64,000 bases of DNA. It comes from Antedon mediterranea. Taxonomy: Eukaryota; Animalia; Echinodermata. Made by a program: the position numbers and the translations under genes. Location: assembly GCF_964355755.1 (NCBI RefSeq), contig NC_092677.1:2564101-2628100 (forward strand). The letters run 5' to 3'. Numbering within the stretch: position 1 is the first letter of the stretch; the number at the start of each line of letters is the position of its first letter. Of the stretch, positions 1 to 14,600 are shown one piece after another. Below the pieces are notes generated by a model. That model had not been told where the DNA came from. It did no database searches and saw only the letters and a list, made by a program, of their open reading frames with translations.

Positions 1-501
1 ATACATTATTTAGTTGAGAATGACTGTACTAAAATAGAATGTAAAGACCTAACATTGCAGACTTCTCAATTTCATGACGTGCTTGTAGTCTACACAGCTG
101 TTGAGTTGAAAAGTCATTCTAAACACGTTGGGAAACACATGGATATACGCAAAACGATTGTAAGACTGAATAGCTGGTATTCTAGAGGCATTATGAAATT
201 GAAACTGTCAACTTGATTTGATATATTTCTTTATTTGTTTCATAATTTCAAATAATACATTTTCCTTTCAGCAGAAGTTCATTTCATTACGGTATCTACA
301 TAAATCATCTTTTAATTAATACATCTTATATAACTTACTCAGAATACATTGCTAAACAACTATCTATTTTTGTTATAATACAATTTAAATGTAAAAAAAA
401 AATTATTTTGAGGTGCAGCAAACAAGCATTTTATTTTATAAATTACATGAACATAAATCAAACTTGCAATAAATTAAAAAAGTGCACAAACAACTTTCTC
501 A

Positions 502-1018
502 TCCACTCAACACAACCTCACTCAACACACCCTCCCTCAACACACCCTCACTCAACACACCCTCACTCAACACACCCTCCCTCAACACACCCTCACTCAA
601 CACACCCTCACTCAACACACCCTCACTCAACACACCCTCACTCAACACACCCTCCCTCAACACACCCTCACTCAACACACCCTCCCTCAACACACCCTCC
701 CTCAACACACCCTCACTCAACACACCCTCACTCAACACACCCTCCCTCAACACACCCTCCCTCAACACACCCTCACTCAACACACCCTCACTCAACACAC
801 CCTCACTCAACACACCCTCACTCAACACACCCTCACTCAACACACCCTCACTCAACACACCCTCACTCAACACACCCTCCCTCAACACACCCTCCCTCAA
901 CACACCCTCACTCAACACAACCTCACTCAACACACCCTCCCTCAACACACCCTCACTCAACACACCCTCACTCAACACACCCTCACTCAACACACCCTCA
1001 CCTCAACACACCCTCCTT
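502..1018. repeat. 15-bp minisatellite (CTCAACACACCCTCA/C)n
   Basis: Directly visible tandem array of more than 30 units with A/C variants. It generates the repetitive STHPH, LNTPS and EGVLS ORFs. Confidence 0.97.
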
Positions 1019-1828
1019 CCTATCCTCCATCTCCCTTCTCCCCTCTCTCAATTCAGACTCTATCGACTACAAAATCCCTAATACGATCTTAACCGAGTTT
1101 CAATAGAGTTGAACCCAGCCCTTTGTTTTCAAATGACTAGTGCCAGTCACAAACTTCTCTCAGACTTCATTCTCAGCATCTAATAACATTTTGGAGCTTT
1201 TGATTTATAACGACCGACAACCAAAATATGTCATGTTAACTCAATGTGCGCATGCATGAATATTTGGAAGTTGTGTGAAGGCAAGGACACATCAATTGAC
1301 CTGACCTAGTTAGGTCGTGTCGGTGTCACAAACCAAAAGCTCCCCATTTGTAACTAATACTTTTTAAATACATAAACATTTATCAGCTGGTGTGTTGGTT
1401 TGTAGAGCTATCTAGGATGATTTACTCTAGAGGGCTATAAATAATAAAGATGAAACGTTTCCTAAACACAGGATTAACGAGTGTTTAGTTAGCTGTTAAC
1501 AAGGTTAAAATTAGTAACAGTATTGACACTGTTAATGGGCAGACATCTCTTTAACATGACGATTATACAGTGCTATGTAAATATGCAAATTAGATCAACA
1601 TAAATTGTTAGTACAACTATGATTAAAATGTTTGATCACATCTTAACAAATCAATATATTTGGTAACAAAAGAACAAATTATAAAAAAAAAATATCAAAT
1701 CGAATATTTTGCAACAGGAGTTTTTAAAATATGCAAAATAATATGTAAAACAATATGCAAAATAATATGCAAAATAATATTTAGATTAGTAGTTGAGATG
1801 AGCAAGGTAGCAATGTGCTCTACATTAC

Positions 1829-1891
1829 CTCTCGTAACACCGGTGATGTTGGGGGCGTTACGTAAAACATGAAGCCTTGATATTGTAGATC
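1829..1891 (-). CDS. Candidate additional 63-bp phase-0/0 exon of the RhoGEF gene (DLQYQGFMFYVTPPTSPVLRE)
   Basis: Minus strand reads tttttgtaccccag|GATCTA...CGAGAG|gtaatg. It is open and in phase with the preceding phase-0 exon at 2626-2760. No family motif is recognised. Confidence 0.45.
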
Positions 1892-2625
1892 CTGGGGTAC
1901 AAAAAGTTACGCTATACCTTAGTGTCATGCAACGTATGGAATACTAATTTATTAATATTTTTAATGTTCGTTTGATAATATTATGTAATGAAGGTATTTT
2001 TTCTGTCCATAAAAGAAAATGGCCAACAAAATAGTGGAAAGCATCACAAGACAAGAGGCAACTTGTGATGCTTTCTGTTGCAGTAAATTACAGAACACAA
2101 TTTGATTTATTTTCGTATAATTCTGCGCTCTACCAATAGAAAGTTTCTATGAAAATTGTATAGAATATACTATATTTTTACAATGCATTAATAAAATCTA
2201 TCGGAAATATTATGAATGTAAACATTATTTTAGAATTTTTTATGAATGAGGTTACAAAACACAATTTGAATTATTTTCTTACAATTCTGCGCTCTACCAA
2301 TTTTTTTATGATAATTTTATAGAATTACACTATTTTTTTACATAATTAATACATGCATTAACAAAATCTAATGGAAATATTATGAATGTTAAAATCATTT
2401 TAGAAAGCTTAATGAATGAGGATAATGTATAAACAGGCTTACGCAGACTTTTTAATGTGGAGTATGATATTCTGAAATATTGAATGTTCTATCTACTGTA
2501 TCTGATCTTTCTATAACATTATTTCACATTAAAAACACATTCATCTCTAGTGACTACACACAGGAAAAGCTAATGCTTGACATAATTGATAACATTAACA
2601 GCCAGTATATTTGTAAATCTCTTAC

Positions 2626-5600
2626 CTTTGACCCAAGAGCGGAGGATATTCCAGTTAGTTTAGCGAGTTGGTGCTCAAGTACTTTCACTCGGGTTGCAGC
2701 GCCGGATAAATCTTTCTGTAACTTTTCCGTTGGATTTCGAGTATATTCCGTTTGAGTTTTCTTTAAAATACAAAACAAAGTTAGGTACAATTAATAGAGA
2801 ATAGTAATACAGTCAACTCTCCCAACAATCTCTTAAAAGCTAATATTTTGTATAGTATCTAAATAAATAAGTATTTAAATATCTTAATTTAAAATTATAC
2901 TATATAAATAAGTTTTTAATTATCATCTTCTATACCAATAGAGACAAGAACGTAATTATCTGATAACTGCGGAAAAAATGTTGTTTGATTAAAAAAATCT
3001 AAAATGTATACAACATTATTAATAATCCCTTGATTATCATTTTAATTATTACAATGATGAACTGTTACAAGTTTTTCCACGCAACTGACTACAATCCAAA
3101 ATGTGCAATGACTTATGTTTTAGTAGAAAGAGGTTCAACAACTTCTAGTTGATATAAAATGACTGTTTGACACTTTGCTGCTATATGTTATTAGACAATC
3201 AGGAACGTAGCATTCTATGAAAGTGTGGGCGACAACAATTAAGTGTGTAGGTTTAATAGAGACCTCTTAAAAAGTAAGCTCCATTATAGTAGGAGAGCTC
3301 TTAATGGTAAAGGGGGGAGTTTAAGGTAGAGGGGGGGGGCCTCTTAAAGGTTAAGGGGACCTTGTAGGGGAGAGGTTAAGGTAGAGGGGACGTCTTATAG
3401 GTAAAGGGGGCCTCTTAAAGGTTAAGGGGACCTTGTAAAAGGTAGACGGGAGAGCTTAAGGTAGAGGGACAGTTTATGGTAGAGGGGACGTCTTATAGGT
3501 AAAGGAGCCTCTTAAAGGTTAAGGGGACCTTGTAAGGTTAAGGGGACCTTGTAAGGTTAAGGGGAGAGCTTAAGTAGAGGGAAAGTTTATGGTAGAGGGG
3601 ACATCTTAAAGGTAAAGGGGGACTTTTTAAGGTAAAGGGGGACTTTTTAAGGTAGAGGGGAGAGTTTAAGGTAGAGGTAGAGGTAGAGGTAGAAGTCTTA
3701 TAGGTAAAGGAGCCTCTTAAAGGTTAAGGGGACCTTGTAAGGTTAAGGGGAGAGCTTAAGTAGAGGGAAAGTTTATGGTAGAGGGGACATCTTAAAGGTA
3801 AAGGGGAACTTTTTAAGGTAGAGGGGAGAGTTTAAGGTAGAGGGGACGTCTTATAGGTAAAGGAGCCTCTTAAAGGTTAAGGGGACCTTGTAAGGTTAAG
3901 GGGAGAGCTTAAGTAGAGGGAAAGTTTATGGTAGAGGGGACATCTTAAAGGTAAAGGGGGACTTTTTAAGGTAAAGGGGGACTTTTTAAGGTAGAGGGGA
4001 CAGTTTAAGGTAGAGGGGAGAGTTTAAGGTAGAGGGGAGAGTTTAAGGTAGAGGGGACGTCTTATAGGTAAAGGAGCTTCTTAAAGGTTAAGGGGACCTT
4101 GTAAGGTTAAGGGGAGAGGTTAAGTAGAGGGAAAGTTTATGGTAGAGGGGACATCTTAAAGGTAAAGGGGACTTTTTAAGGTAGAGGGGACTTTTTAAGG
4201 TAGAGGGGACTTTTTAAGGTAGAGGGGAGAGTTTAAGGTAGAGTGGACCTCTTTAGGTAGAGAAGATCTCTTTATGTAGTGAAACTATAGAGTAACTATA
4301 GGACGATGATAATGGTCTAAACTTAGTACTAACACCAAGAGAAACTATACACATTTAGTGTGTAAACGTTCATATTAATATATAATTTACATTTCATAAT
4401 TCTACTGTATTATTTCAATAGTACCTGCAAATTTCTATGAAAATATTCAAGTACCTCAACTAATATTATAATACAATACAGCCAACTTGATAATTAACAT
4501 GAACAAAAATAGTAACAATATATAATTTATTTCAAAATATTCTATTCTGTAATATCAATATAGACATCAGTGTTTTAAATATTAATGAATAATAGTTACT
4601 GGTATGCACTGTAAACGACGAAACATCCAAGGAGCTGTTTGAACTTGACACAATGATACTTAAATCCACCAGCAGTCCACTAGACCATATTTTTTAATAA
4701 GTAGTATAAATTGTTGTTTCCGTATATAATAATTATATTCTTAAATATAAAAAAAAAACGTAAATTATTCTGTAACTGTATTCTATTCTAACTTGTACAA
4801 TAATTAATAAAATTATACAAATTAGAGTTACGGCGCGGCTAACGAGCGATATCACTGTCTTGGAGCGTTGCTCAAGATTTTTATTACTTTTCGAGTTATG
4901 CTTTCTCCTCAAATGCTTCTCCTAGGCACGAAATAGACTAGAATAGAATCCACATAAAAGAGATAGTCAGGATACATGACTTGAACCCAAACCCCTGAAT
5001 CTTACCACCAAACCATTCAATTGTATTTCACTAATGTGTTAAGGATGATGTCAAATTTGTTTTTTACTGTACAGTAGTTACTGCAGTAACTTAATTTATT
5101 ACCTAAAATAACATGTTATTTTAGTAAGTTTCACTGTACATATTTATGATGCAGTCATCTCAATAAACAGTGTGTATGATGATTACCACCAGAACATCTT
5201 TTTTTTAAAGAGTAAAATTAATTAGTAATTAATTAATTAAACACAAACAGTATCAAGTTCCCAGTGGATCTCAACATGTTCACAACATCCATTTCAACAT
5301 CACCATATCCATATCCTCACTTCCTTGATTTGTTCACAACTTATGCAAATAAACTTGCATACATAATTTCCAAAAAAATTTGTTCAATTTACACCATTAA
5401 AAAATGATTCTACTGCAGTTACTGCAGTAATCACATTTTATTTGCTGTTTATTAACCTGTTTACACAATTATTAAACAAGCTTTATTACTGTTTATTGCA
5501 GTGAAACAGACTTGCCAAATTGTAGTTACTGCAGTAGAATAATCTTGACATGATACCTTGATGATGTACAGTACTTTGATATGGTGAAGGCGGGTAAACA

Positions 5601-8600
5601 ATCAGATGACTAAATATAGGAAATATAAATCAAATTTTATGTTTTTTTTTTTGTTTTTTTTTACATGAGCCTTAAGTTCAAATAAAAATGATTTGAGATA
5701 GGAATTAAAAGGTATTCTTCTGAGATTAGCAATTTGTAATTCAGCCGATATGAGTCTCTTTAAAAGAGAGAAATAATAACACTGCATAATTCACTTCATC
5801 AAATTAGTATGCCAACCCTACCAGTAATATATACTAAGTTTCATCTTATAACTTGTAAATAAACTTTTATTGTATCCCTGTATCAATTTCAGGTCAGATG
5901 CTTCATCGAACCTAAATAGTAACATTTATCTACTAACAAGTACGACAAATTTGCAGAGGGTGAAGCCGAAAGATTTGTACGACAATAACGATGATTACTA
6001 CCTTACAATCATTCACTTACGATATCTACATCAAATTTACCTAGTCAATTTACCTAGTGTTAAAAGGATCTTTGCAAATAAATGACAAGGACCAACACCC
6101 ATTTAGTATCCTCACATATTTCCTAAGTTTCATACCAACAGAAATTACCCCCAAGCTCCTTAAAAAATCTAATTGGACATGTACTAAGTTGACCATTAAT
6201 TAATGCCCAGGGTATGTCAAATCCATGCTATACGCCAGTGCTGTTACTATCAAATACAAGCTAAATTGAATGAAATGTTTAGCTAAAATTAATTTTAATA
6301 AAATATTGTAATAGTTGATAAATAAATTTCATATTAGGAATCAAGTCAAATTCATTCTACTGCAGTAACAGCAGTCGAATAGTTTTGACACGGTCCCTTG
6401 TTTTAAATTAAAGGGCGTTAAACAGAAACTGTTTGAATGATTCCTCCTGTGGAGATCTGCACAGTATAAATTTGGCTAAAAAACGAAACCATATTATTCA
6501 CTCGGCACAGCATGAATCATGCATCAAAGGGACAGTTGTGAAGTCAAGGTTCAACTTAGGTAAGAGTTAAGGTATTACTGTCACTCCCTAGGCCTTGTCT
6601 AGGATTAAAAACTGAAATAAATTATTATATAAATAATTAATTATTATTATTATTATATTATTTATTACACTCTGACTAATGATAACCCTTAAAAATGATT
6701 ACGGCACTGACATCTTTTAATGCTAACATATTAAACATTAACTCCTAACAAACACACAATAACTGATAAAAAACTACTTCTCTAATTATTAAGAAAAATA
6801 TAAAAAACAATCATAAAATAAGACAGATGTATACATTACTAAACTATCATTATTACTATGACAAATAAAATTTAACACTCCCAAACTGATCAAATTAACT
6901 TACGTCAAATCCAAACTAACTTAAGAACTTCTAAATTGACTTAAAACTTGAGAACTAAATTAAGAACTTTTAATCAATATCTGTACTAGTGAGTAAGCAT
7001 TTACCTGTTATGAGAATCAGTCAGCAAAACTTAAAGCGCTTTGAATTCCATGGAAGTTTATCAATGTTTTACAACTGAATAATCTACTGTACAAACTTGT
7101 ACTTGTTACAATTGGGAAAGGACTAAAGTACATCACATATAGAGGGCAGTATACTAAAATTGTATTATATCATAATATAGTATCACATTATGCTCCATAA
7201 CTCAAAAATGTACTGTAGATGCCGAAGTATCCTATATATTTAAGCTTAGAGTGTAGATAGAGAAGTATCCTATATATTTAAGCTTAGAGTTTGCGAATTT
7301 TCTTTTTTCTTTTTCTGTTTGTAAGTTTGTTGATATGGATAAAATTTCCGAAATAAAAGAAATTGAATTGAATTATGTATTTATTATTTCTTCCAAATTA
7401 TATTTGATAATTGTAAATCAAAAATTGAAATCAAAATCAATTGCTTACGTTGTAATATACAGTTATTGTACATTTTTTTTTTCATCAACAAAAAAAAAAG
7501 CTCAACACATAAAATCAAAATTTAGATGTTACATTTCTAATTAAACACATTTATTTAGAGTAAATATCAAATTTTAAAGCATTTATTTGAACAAAAACAA
7601 AATAATTACTCACACACACATTTATGTTTTTGTTTTCAATTTTTTTTGGACTGTCAATCAAAATAAAAAGCCACAACTATGTCCAGTAAATAATAGAATG
7701 AATAGTTTGATGCCTGGGGGTGTTGCTTGTACAAATAACAATAACTGACCTCAAAATCATTGTCTTGAAAATCAACAGAATGTAAAGAATGTATCCGCTT
7801 TTAAATTCTTTGATATTTTTCGTTTGCTAATTAAAGGCAGCTTTTAAAACTCACTATTTTATTTTAAACAAAAATTTTCTGGCATTTTTACTTTATTGTT
7901 AGCCCGTTCTTGTATGTGCGATAAAAAGGTAAATATTGGTTTACCTTGCGACAATCCATGTAACTTTTGATTAATGCTTACATTTAAAGGTAGTAGTCAG
8001 CTACAGTTAAGTAGAGCCCCTCCTAACATCTCTATTAAGGGGACAATTTCTCATGAAATGAACAAGGAGAAATAGGCCAACCTCTGATAAGGGGACATAC
8101 CTATTAAAATATACCTTGAACAGAGGTTACACTGTAGATATTCTTTGTTTTTATTAAAGTACACATTTATTTAAACAGTCAGATATGTACAAAAAATGTG
8201 ACAATTTGTATTATTTTTCAACACATCTCTTAATAAAAATGTTTAGTTTTTAAAAAAGCCGACTCTTGGAATTTGCGTCAGTTACATCAAAAGGGACAGG
8301 TGTATTTTTGTCAAAAGCAGAACGTAAATGCCAGTTTCAAAAAAATGAAATCAAATACATTTTTCCCCAAATTAGTATAGTAACAAATTTCTTAAATGAG
8401 TGAAAGAATAATAAGAATATTCAAATGACATGAAACACAGCAAATGTATGACAGTAAATTTGAATATAAAATTTTAAATATTATAAATAAAATAGTAAAA
8501 ATAGATTTAATTGTTCACACACAAACCACATGCAAACACAGATATATTTGGATTGTAAATTAGCTTCAGTTCATTTAAACGTACCATTGCATTATCAAAT

Positions 8601-11600
8601 ATAACTTACCTTATTTAAAGCATTATGCCAAATAAAACAAATTTCATTTGTTTTGCTTTTTTGTTTATTAGTATAATTATTAATATTATGCACCAAAATG
8701 AGAATTATAGTTTAAAATTGTTGTTTTTAGAAACAGTTGACGACTAAGATTACAGTAGATGAATTATTTTAACTTTTTTACAAACATTGTCCGATTGGCT
8801 TGAGTTTACCGTATAAAAATAAAATGCAATAATAAATCTAAATATTAAGCTCTGTCTACACCATCAAACTAGTTTGACAAAAAAATGTGAATAGTGGTAT
8901 GCCCAAAATGATAGTGATATGACATCATCATATCCATATATTAAGGTATGCACACATCACATTCACATAAAGTTTGATAAGAGTAGAAAAGGCTTAACTT
9001 CAGCTGTTAAATAAAAAAATGATTAAAATGATGGCTGATGATACTTACCTCATAGAGCTCTTTCTCTTGGTCAAGCATCTTCCGCATCGTGGTCACTCGC
9101 TCACTTCGCATCTCTGCATCTTTTTCAGGCTTTTTTTGTTAAAAAAGATAAAGAATGGAAGGATGGAGATGACAATGAAAGAATAAAAGAAATGATAAAA
9201 ATGCACCACCCGCAAGCAATTAAAATATATATATACTGTATACAGTAGAACTCATCATTCGGGATATCACAATTAAGAGGACACATTTGCAGGTCACAAA
9301 GGTGTCCCCAGTGGCAAAACGGCTGTGAGAGCTGACTAGCTAAACCCAGGGGCCTCAGAGCTCAAGGGGCCCAGAGCATGAGCAGTCCAATGCAACTACC
9401 CAGCATTGGAGGGCCCTTACGAGTGCTAAACCATGGGCTTTTTCCTCCAGCGTTATGCCACTGAGTATCCCCTCAATATATGTTCTACTGTAATGGATTA
9501 AATAACCAAAAACACCAAAGGACCATAAAGTCTAATATTCAATTTAATGATATGTATTGAATACTATAATGTCAAGTAATGGTATAGTAGTATCAAAATA
9601 AGCATGCAGAAAACCATATGTGAAAGATTGAGCCCTCAATTTGAAAATGCAAAAAAGTCTAAATTGCAAACATTACTAGCTATTAAAACAACATAATTGT
9701 GAACATTATGAAATCATGAGAGTGCAGTAAAGCATAGATAGTGTAATAAATAATAATTCCAAATGCACAATTGAAAATAATGTTTTCAATAAATTTAAAT
9801 TGCTGAAGGCGCTTTGTTCTGTAAACTTAGAAAGTATGTCATTAGTATTAACATGTTTAACATGCTAATACCGCAATAAATCACTATTTGTTATAAATAT
9901 AATATTGATAATCACAGTGAAGTGATAAATCCAACAACAAAATTGATGCAAAAAAATTTGACGAGTCTAAAAACGACGTCTTAACAAGAACGTTACGTGA
10001 TACACAGTTCATGAATCGCCACGTGCAGTTTACACTTAATTGCTTGAGCGATGTCATAATCACGTCTCGAAGATAAAAATTAAATACAGTTATTGGTAAA
10101 AATTAAAACACACGCGTCAGTGAGTTTGCTTGGATGATTAATCGTCTTGATGGCTTTTTATGTGCAAGCCGTGCTAAGGTAGAAACGTCACATGATATTC
10201 GTAACGTTGAGTAACACGCATGATAACGCATAACGCATAATCACTGGTTGAGATGACTGGTTGATAACATGTGCTTCTCACGTACTGTTTAGCAGCATAG
10301 ATCATTAGTACAATCATCCTATTGTTTACCAGGGAGTTCACTTTTCATTCTCCAACCCTAATGACTGTAAACTCTCACTCATTACATTCACACAAATTCA
10401 AAGGTAAAATATTTCAGAACACAAGTTCATTAAAAGTATGTTTCTGGTGCAATGTATTTAAATTAATTTGATAACTTTTATTATTTTTGTATTTTTGGAT
10501 GTTTATCTATAAGGTAATATATGTAGGCCTAATTGTATTTTTCACTTTACATATTTAATAGTGTTATTGTCATATTGACATAGTTCACCATATCATTTAT
10601 TTTATTATACTGTAAGCATGTTATTTGAAATATTTTAGAAGAAAAAATCTTCTTTTAAATATTTAATAGCCAAAATTGTTAGACTACAGTAGAATAGATA
10701 AATTCACAACTAAATAAAAAAAGCTCATTGTTCTATTTGTCAATATTATTTCTACATATTTTTAGCTTCTATACTTATGCCAGCCTGCTATTGTACTAAG
10801 CTACATTAACAGTTTGCCAAGACTACAATACTTACTGCTGCAGGTCTAGGCCCAGAAACTGTTGCACGATTCGATGCATTTTGATTTGGTTGGTGAGGCG
10901 GTGGTAATGGTTGAGTTGATCCTGGTGGCCGGCCTAGCAGTGTCAATGACACAAAAGAACCAGCTACACAAAAATAACAACATTCGTAATTAGTCCTAAA
11001 TTTTGATATCTAATTACCTTTCTTTACACCATTTTGTATACTGTTTTAATTTGAAGAAAATAAATGTTACTTTGATTGATTGATTGATTGAAGATGGGAG
11101 TTGTATGTTGAGATAGAGGTGTTAGAGCATGTTGAGCAAGTGTTATGTTGAGATAGAAGTGTTATGTTGAGATGGAAGCGTTATGTTGAAATGGAAGTGT
11201 TATGTTGAAATGGAAGCGTTATGTTGAGATGGGAGTGTTGAGATAGGATTGTTGAGATGGGAGTGTTAAGATGGAAGTTGAGGTGAATGTTTTATTTGTA
11301 AATGTAAATTGAGTAACTGACTGACTGCTACAGACTTTTCCACCTTCTCACCTTTTATCATGTTGACTACTTCCATGTGGTTGCTCTGCGTCACTAACGT
11401 TCCATTCACCTGACGACAGAAAAAAAGAAATTTAAAATAGTATTTACATGTATGATGGTGCTATTTATCTATAGATTTTAATGTGAATCCTTAGAAGCAT
11501 TAACATTAATAACAATCACATTTATCATCTTCAATTTTACACCAAGTCTATGTTTTTACAACCACCTATCGTTTAGTTATCCTTTAGTAGGTTTCAATAT

Positions 11601-14600
11601 TCCGCCTCCCACCACCAGTCTAAACCAACTAACATCATTTAAACATTTTAGGTCTTTTTTTACATTTTTTTAAATCCTTATCCAGTGAAGAAAAGAAAAA
11701 TCTTGAATGAATTTAGAATAAAGAAAAGATGGAAATGAAATATGGATTACATTAGCAGTAAGGGATGTATTATACATCAACAAAAAAACAAGGAATTGAC
11801 AAGAATGGCGCTTGGCAAGTAATTTACGGCGGAGTTCATTTACCGAAGGGGGAAATTATGTCTACCTTAGTTTAATGACGTCGTCGGGGTTCTATGACCT
11901 TTATACAATACTAGGTCATATTCAACTCTTTTATTCATATAGACAATTAGGATTATAAATGTTGTATCATCTGTTTCATTGTTTTCAATATTAATTTTTA
12001 ATGAGCCACTACAATTGTTTTTTATTCTTCATTAGGACAAATTATGTGGTAGTAATTATTTCTTAAACCTAAATTATTGCACTTTTCAGCCGTCATATGT
12101 CACAGTATGATTATTAAAGCAAATTCCAAGTTTCTTAAAATGGCATAAAAAAGCAAAAAATATCAGAAAAAATATTTTGTTTATTGTTTTTGTTTTTTAT
12201 TGTGTAAGTGTATAACTGTATTAAAACTTTACAATTTGTTTAATGGCATAAAGCAATTAATATCAGAAAAAACAAGATGGTTAATTTCTCTTCTTTTTTT
12301 TTAAAGCAAAATCATATTTTGTTCATTTTTTTTGTTTTGAAAGTGTATAAATGTATCAGAACTACAAAATAGCAAATTTTTATTCATCCTTATTTTCCAT
12401 GTTTTGGGGACAACATTAAAGTAATGAGTGGTTTGGTATTTCAGGTTGACTATAGACAATGTAAAGCATTGATAGCAGGTTAGGCTAAACAATTTAAGCC
12501 TGTCTACTACAGAACCTTGCCCCTACACTATCATTAATGATTAACAAACAGGGAAACAACAGTACTGCTTTTACAGTCAACTTTGTACAGGCTATCTCCA
12601 CTTATGGTTAATCAATTCAATTAAACCAGGCCACACAATCATGATTAATATTCTTGATCAAAACACATGAATTTATTACACTTTTTACAGTACATTAGTT
12701 TATAGGTTACAGTATATGATGTTTGACATAGTGTGTGGTTGTTTGAATATGAGTCACACTATAGGCCTACCTTTTACTAGTGATGCTTATTTCTTTGTTG
12801 TTTTAAAAGGTTGTCCGAAAATTGTAAACTAAATCAGTTTATTGTAAACGTGCGTGCGTTTGAAATGAATAAACTAAATATTTCATTTTGTTCATCAGAC
12901 AGAGCGATACAAGATGTCACCAAAAACAAATTATAGATTAATTTTTTTTTTACAATTACAGTTATTAATATTACAAATGAATAATAAGAAAATAATTTAT
13001 TTAAAACAAGTGACAAATTGGTATGTAGGTCAAAGGTCAAAGAACAACGTAGCGGGCTATACACTCACATGACAGCACTATCATCCTTAGCACTAGTTTC
13101 CTGTATAGGCTATGTGTTTATTGTTCGTCTCCCCGGGGACGGGGTCAATTTCCACAGGGAACGTTCTATGAGGTCATTCATACTGAATTGATAGCGTTAG
13201 CAATTTTACTAATATAAAGATTACTAGCATTTTATTAATAAGATTACCTGTCTGTATGACATAATGAAATTAGTAATTTCTTTAAAGTTTTTAATACAGG
13301 TATTTGCATTATTTTGCCAACTTGGAAAAGATAAAATTCACAATTTTCTTTTTGTAACAAATCAATTTTGCTTGATCTGAACATTTTTTTATATTTATTT
13401 TTGTTGAATATGCTATTTTAATGTCACATAATAGTTATCCACTTTGAACAAAAATTGAATCGAAAAAAACATTTATTTACCTGAAAAACATAGTCAATAT
13501 GGGTTTTTGGTTGAATTTGACCATTTATTTTGTATTTTATGTGAGAAAATTTTTTTTTTATGGAATGAAGGGTTTAACTTTAAATTGATTAACTACAAAA
13601 CAACCTATTCAAAGTCTGATTAAATTAATCTTCATTTTTCATGTTTTTGGGGGACAATACAACTTTTAGAAAAATACTTGATACAGTCTACTGCCACAAA
13701 AGCCAGACTTTTGAAATCCAGATACTTCCCAAGCCGAAACTAAAATTCACAATGATCTCGCATTGTTTTTCCTTACTAAAAATACATTTATAAAAATTAG
13801 ACTTTTGTGAAATCTTTTTTGGTCAGCCCAAGTGTGTCTAGGTTAGGGTGAGATAAGTCTAAAATTGACACCCATATTGCAGCACGTATACTGACATTCA
13901 ATAGCAACTGTACTGATTGGTTAATCTAAACAAACTCACTGATATTGAGGTCAAAGTTTGATTGTTTGACTGCGAATACGTGTTTATTACACTTTTACAA
14001 ATGGTTTCTGATGATTTGTGTTATTTTTTCTTTTTTATTAAATCAAAATATATATCAGGTTGTTGTTCTATGTGTAACAAGTCTACAACAACACAGTACT
14101 AGCATACAGGGGATACCTCAATATATCAGGTTGTTGTTCTATGTGTAACAAGTCTACAACAACACAGTACTAGCATACAGGGGATACCTCAATATATCAG
14201 GTTGTTGTTCTATGTGTAACAAGTCTACAACAACACAGTACTAGACAAACATACAGGGGATACCTCAATATATCAGGTTGTTGTTCTATGTGTAACAAGT
14301 CTACAACAACACAGTACTAACATACAGGGGATACCTCAATATATCAGGTTGTTGTTCTATGTGTAACAAGTCTACAACAACACAGTACTAGACAAACATA
14401 CAGGGGATACCTCAATATATCAGGTTGTTGTTCTATGTGTAACAAGTCTACAACAACACAGTACTAGCATACAGGGGATACCTCAATATATCAGGTTGTT
14501 GTTCTATGTGTAACAAGTCTACAACAACACAGTACTAACATACAGGGGATACCTCAATATATCAGGTTGTTGTTCTATGTGTAACAAGTCTACAACAACA

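Noticed and set aside
408-1106. Repetitive ORFs (STHPH, LNTPS, EGVLS) suggesting a mucin-like or His-rich protein
   Set aside because: They arise from a stop-free 15-bp minisatellite that is open in several frames, inside a RhoGEF intron.
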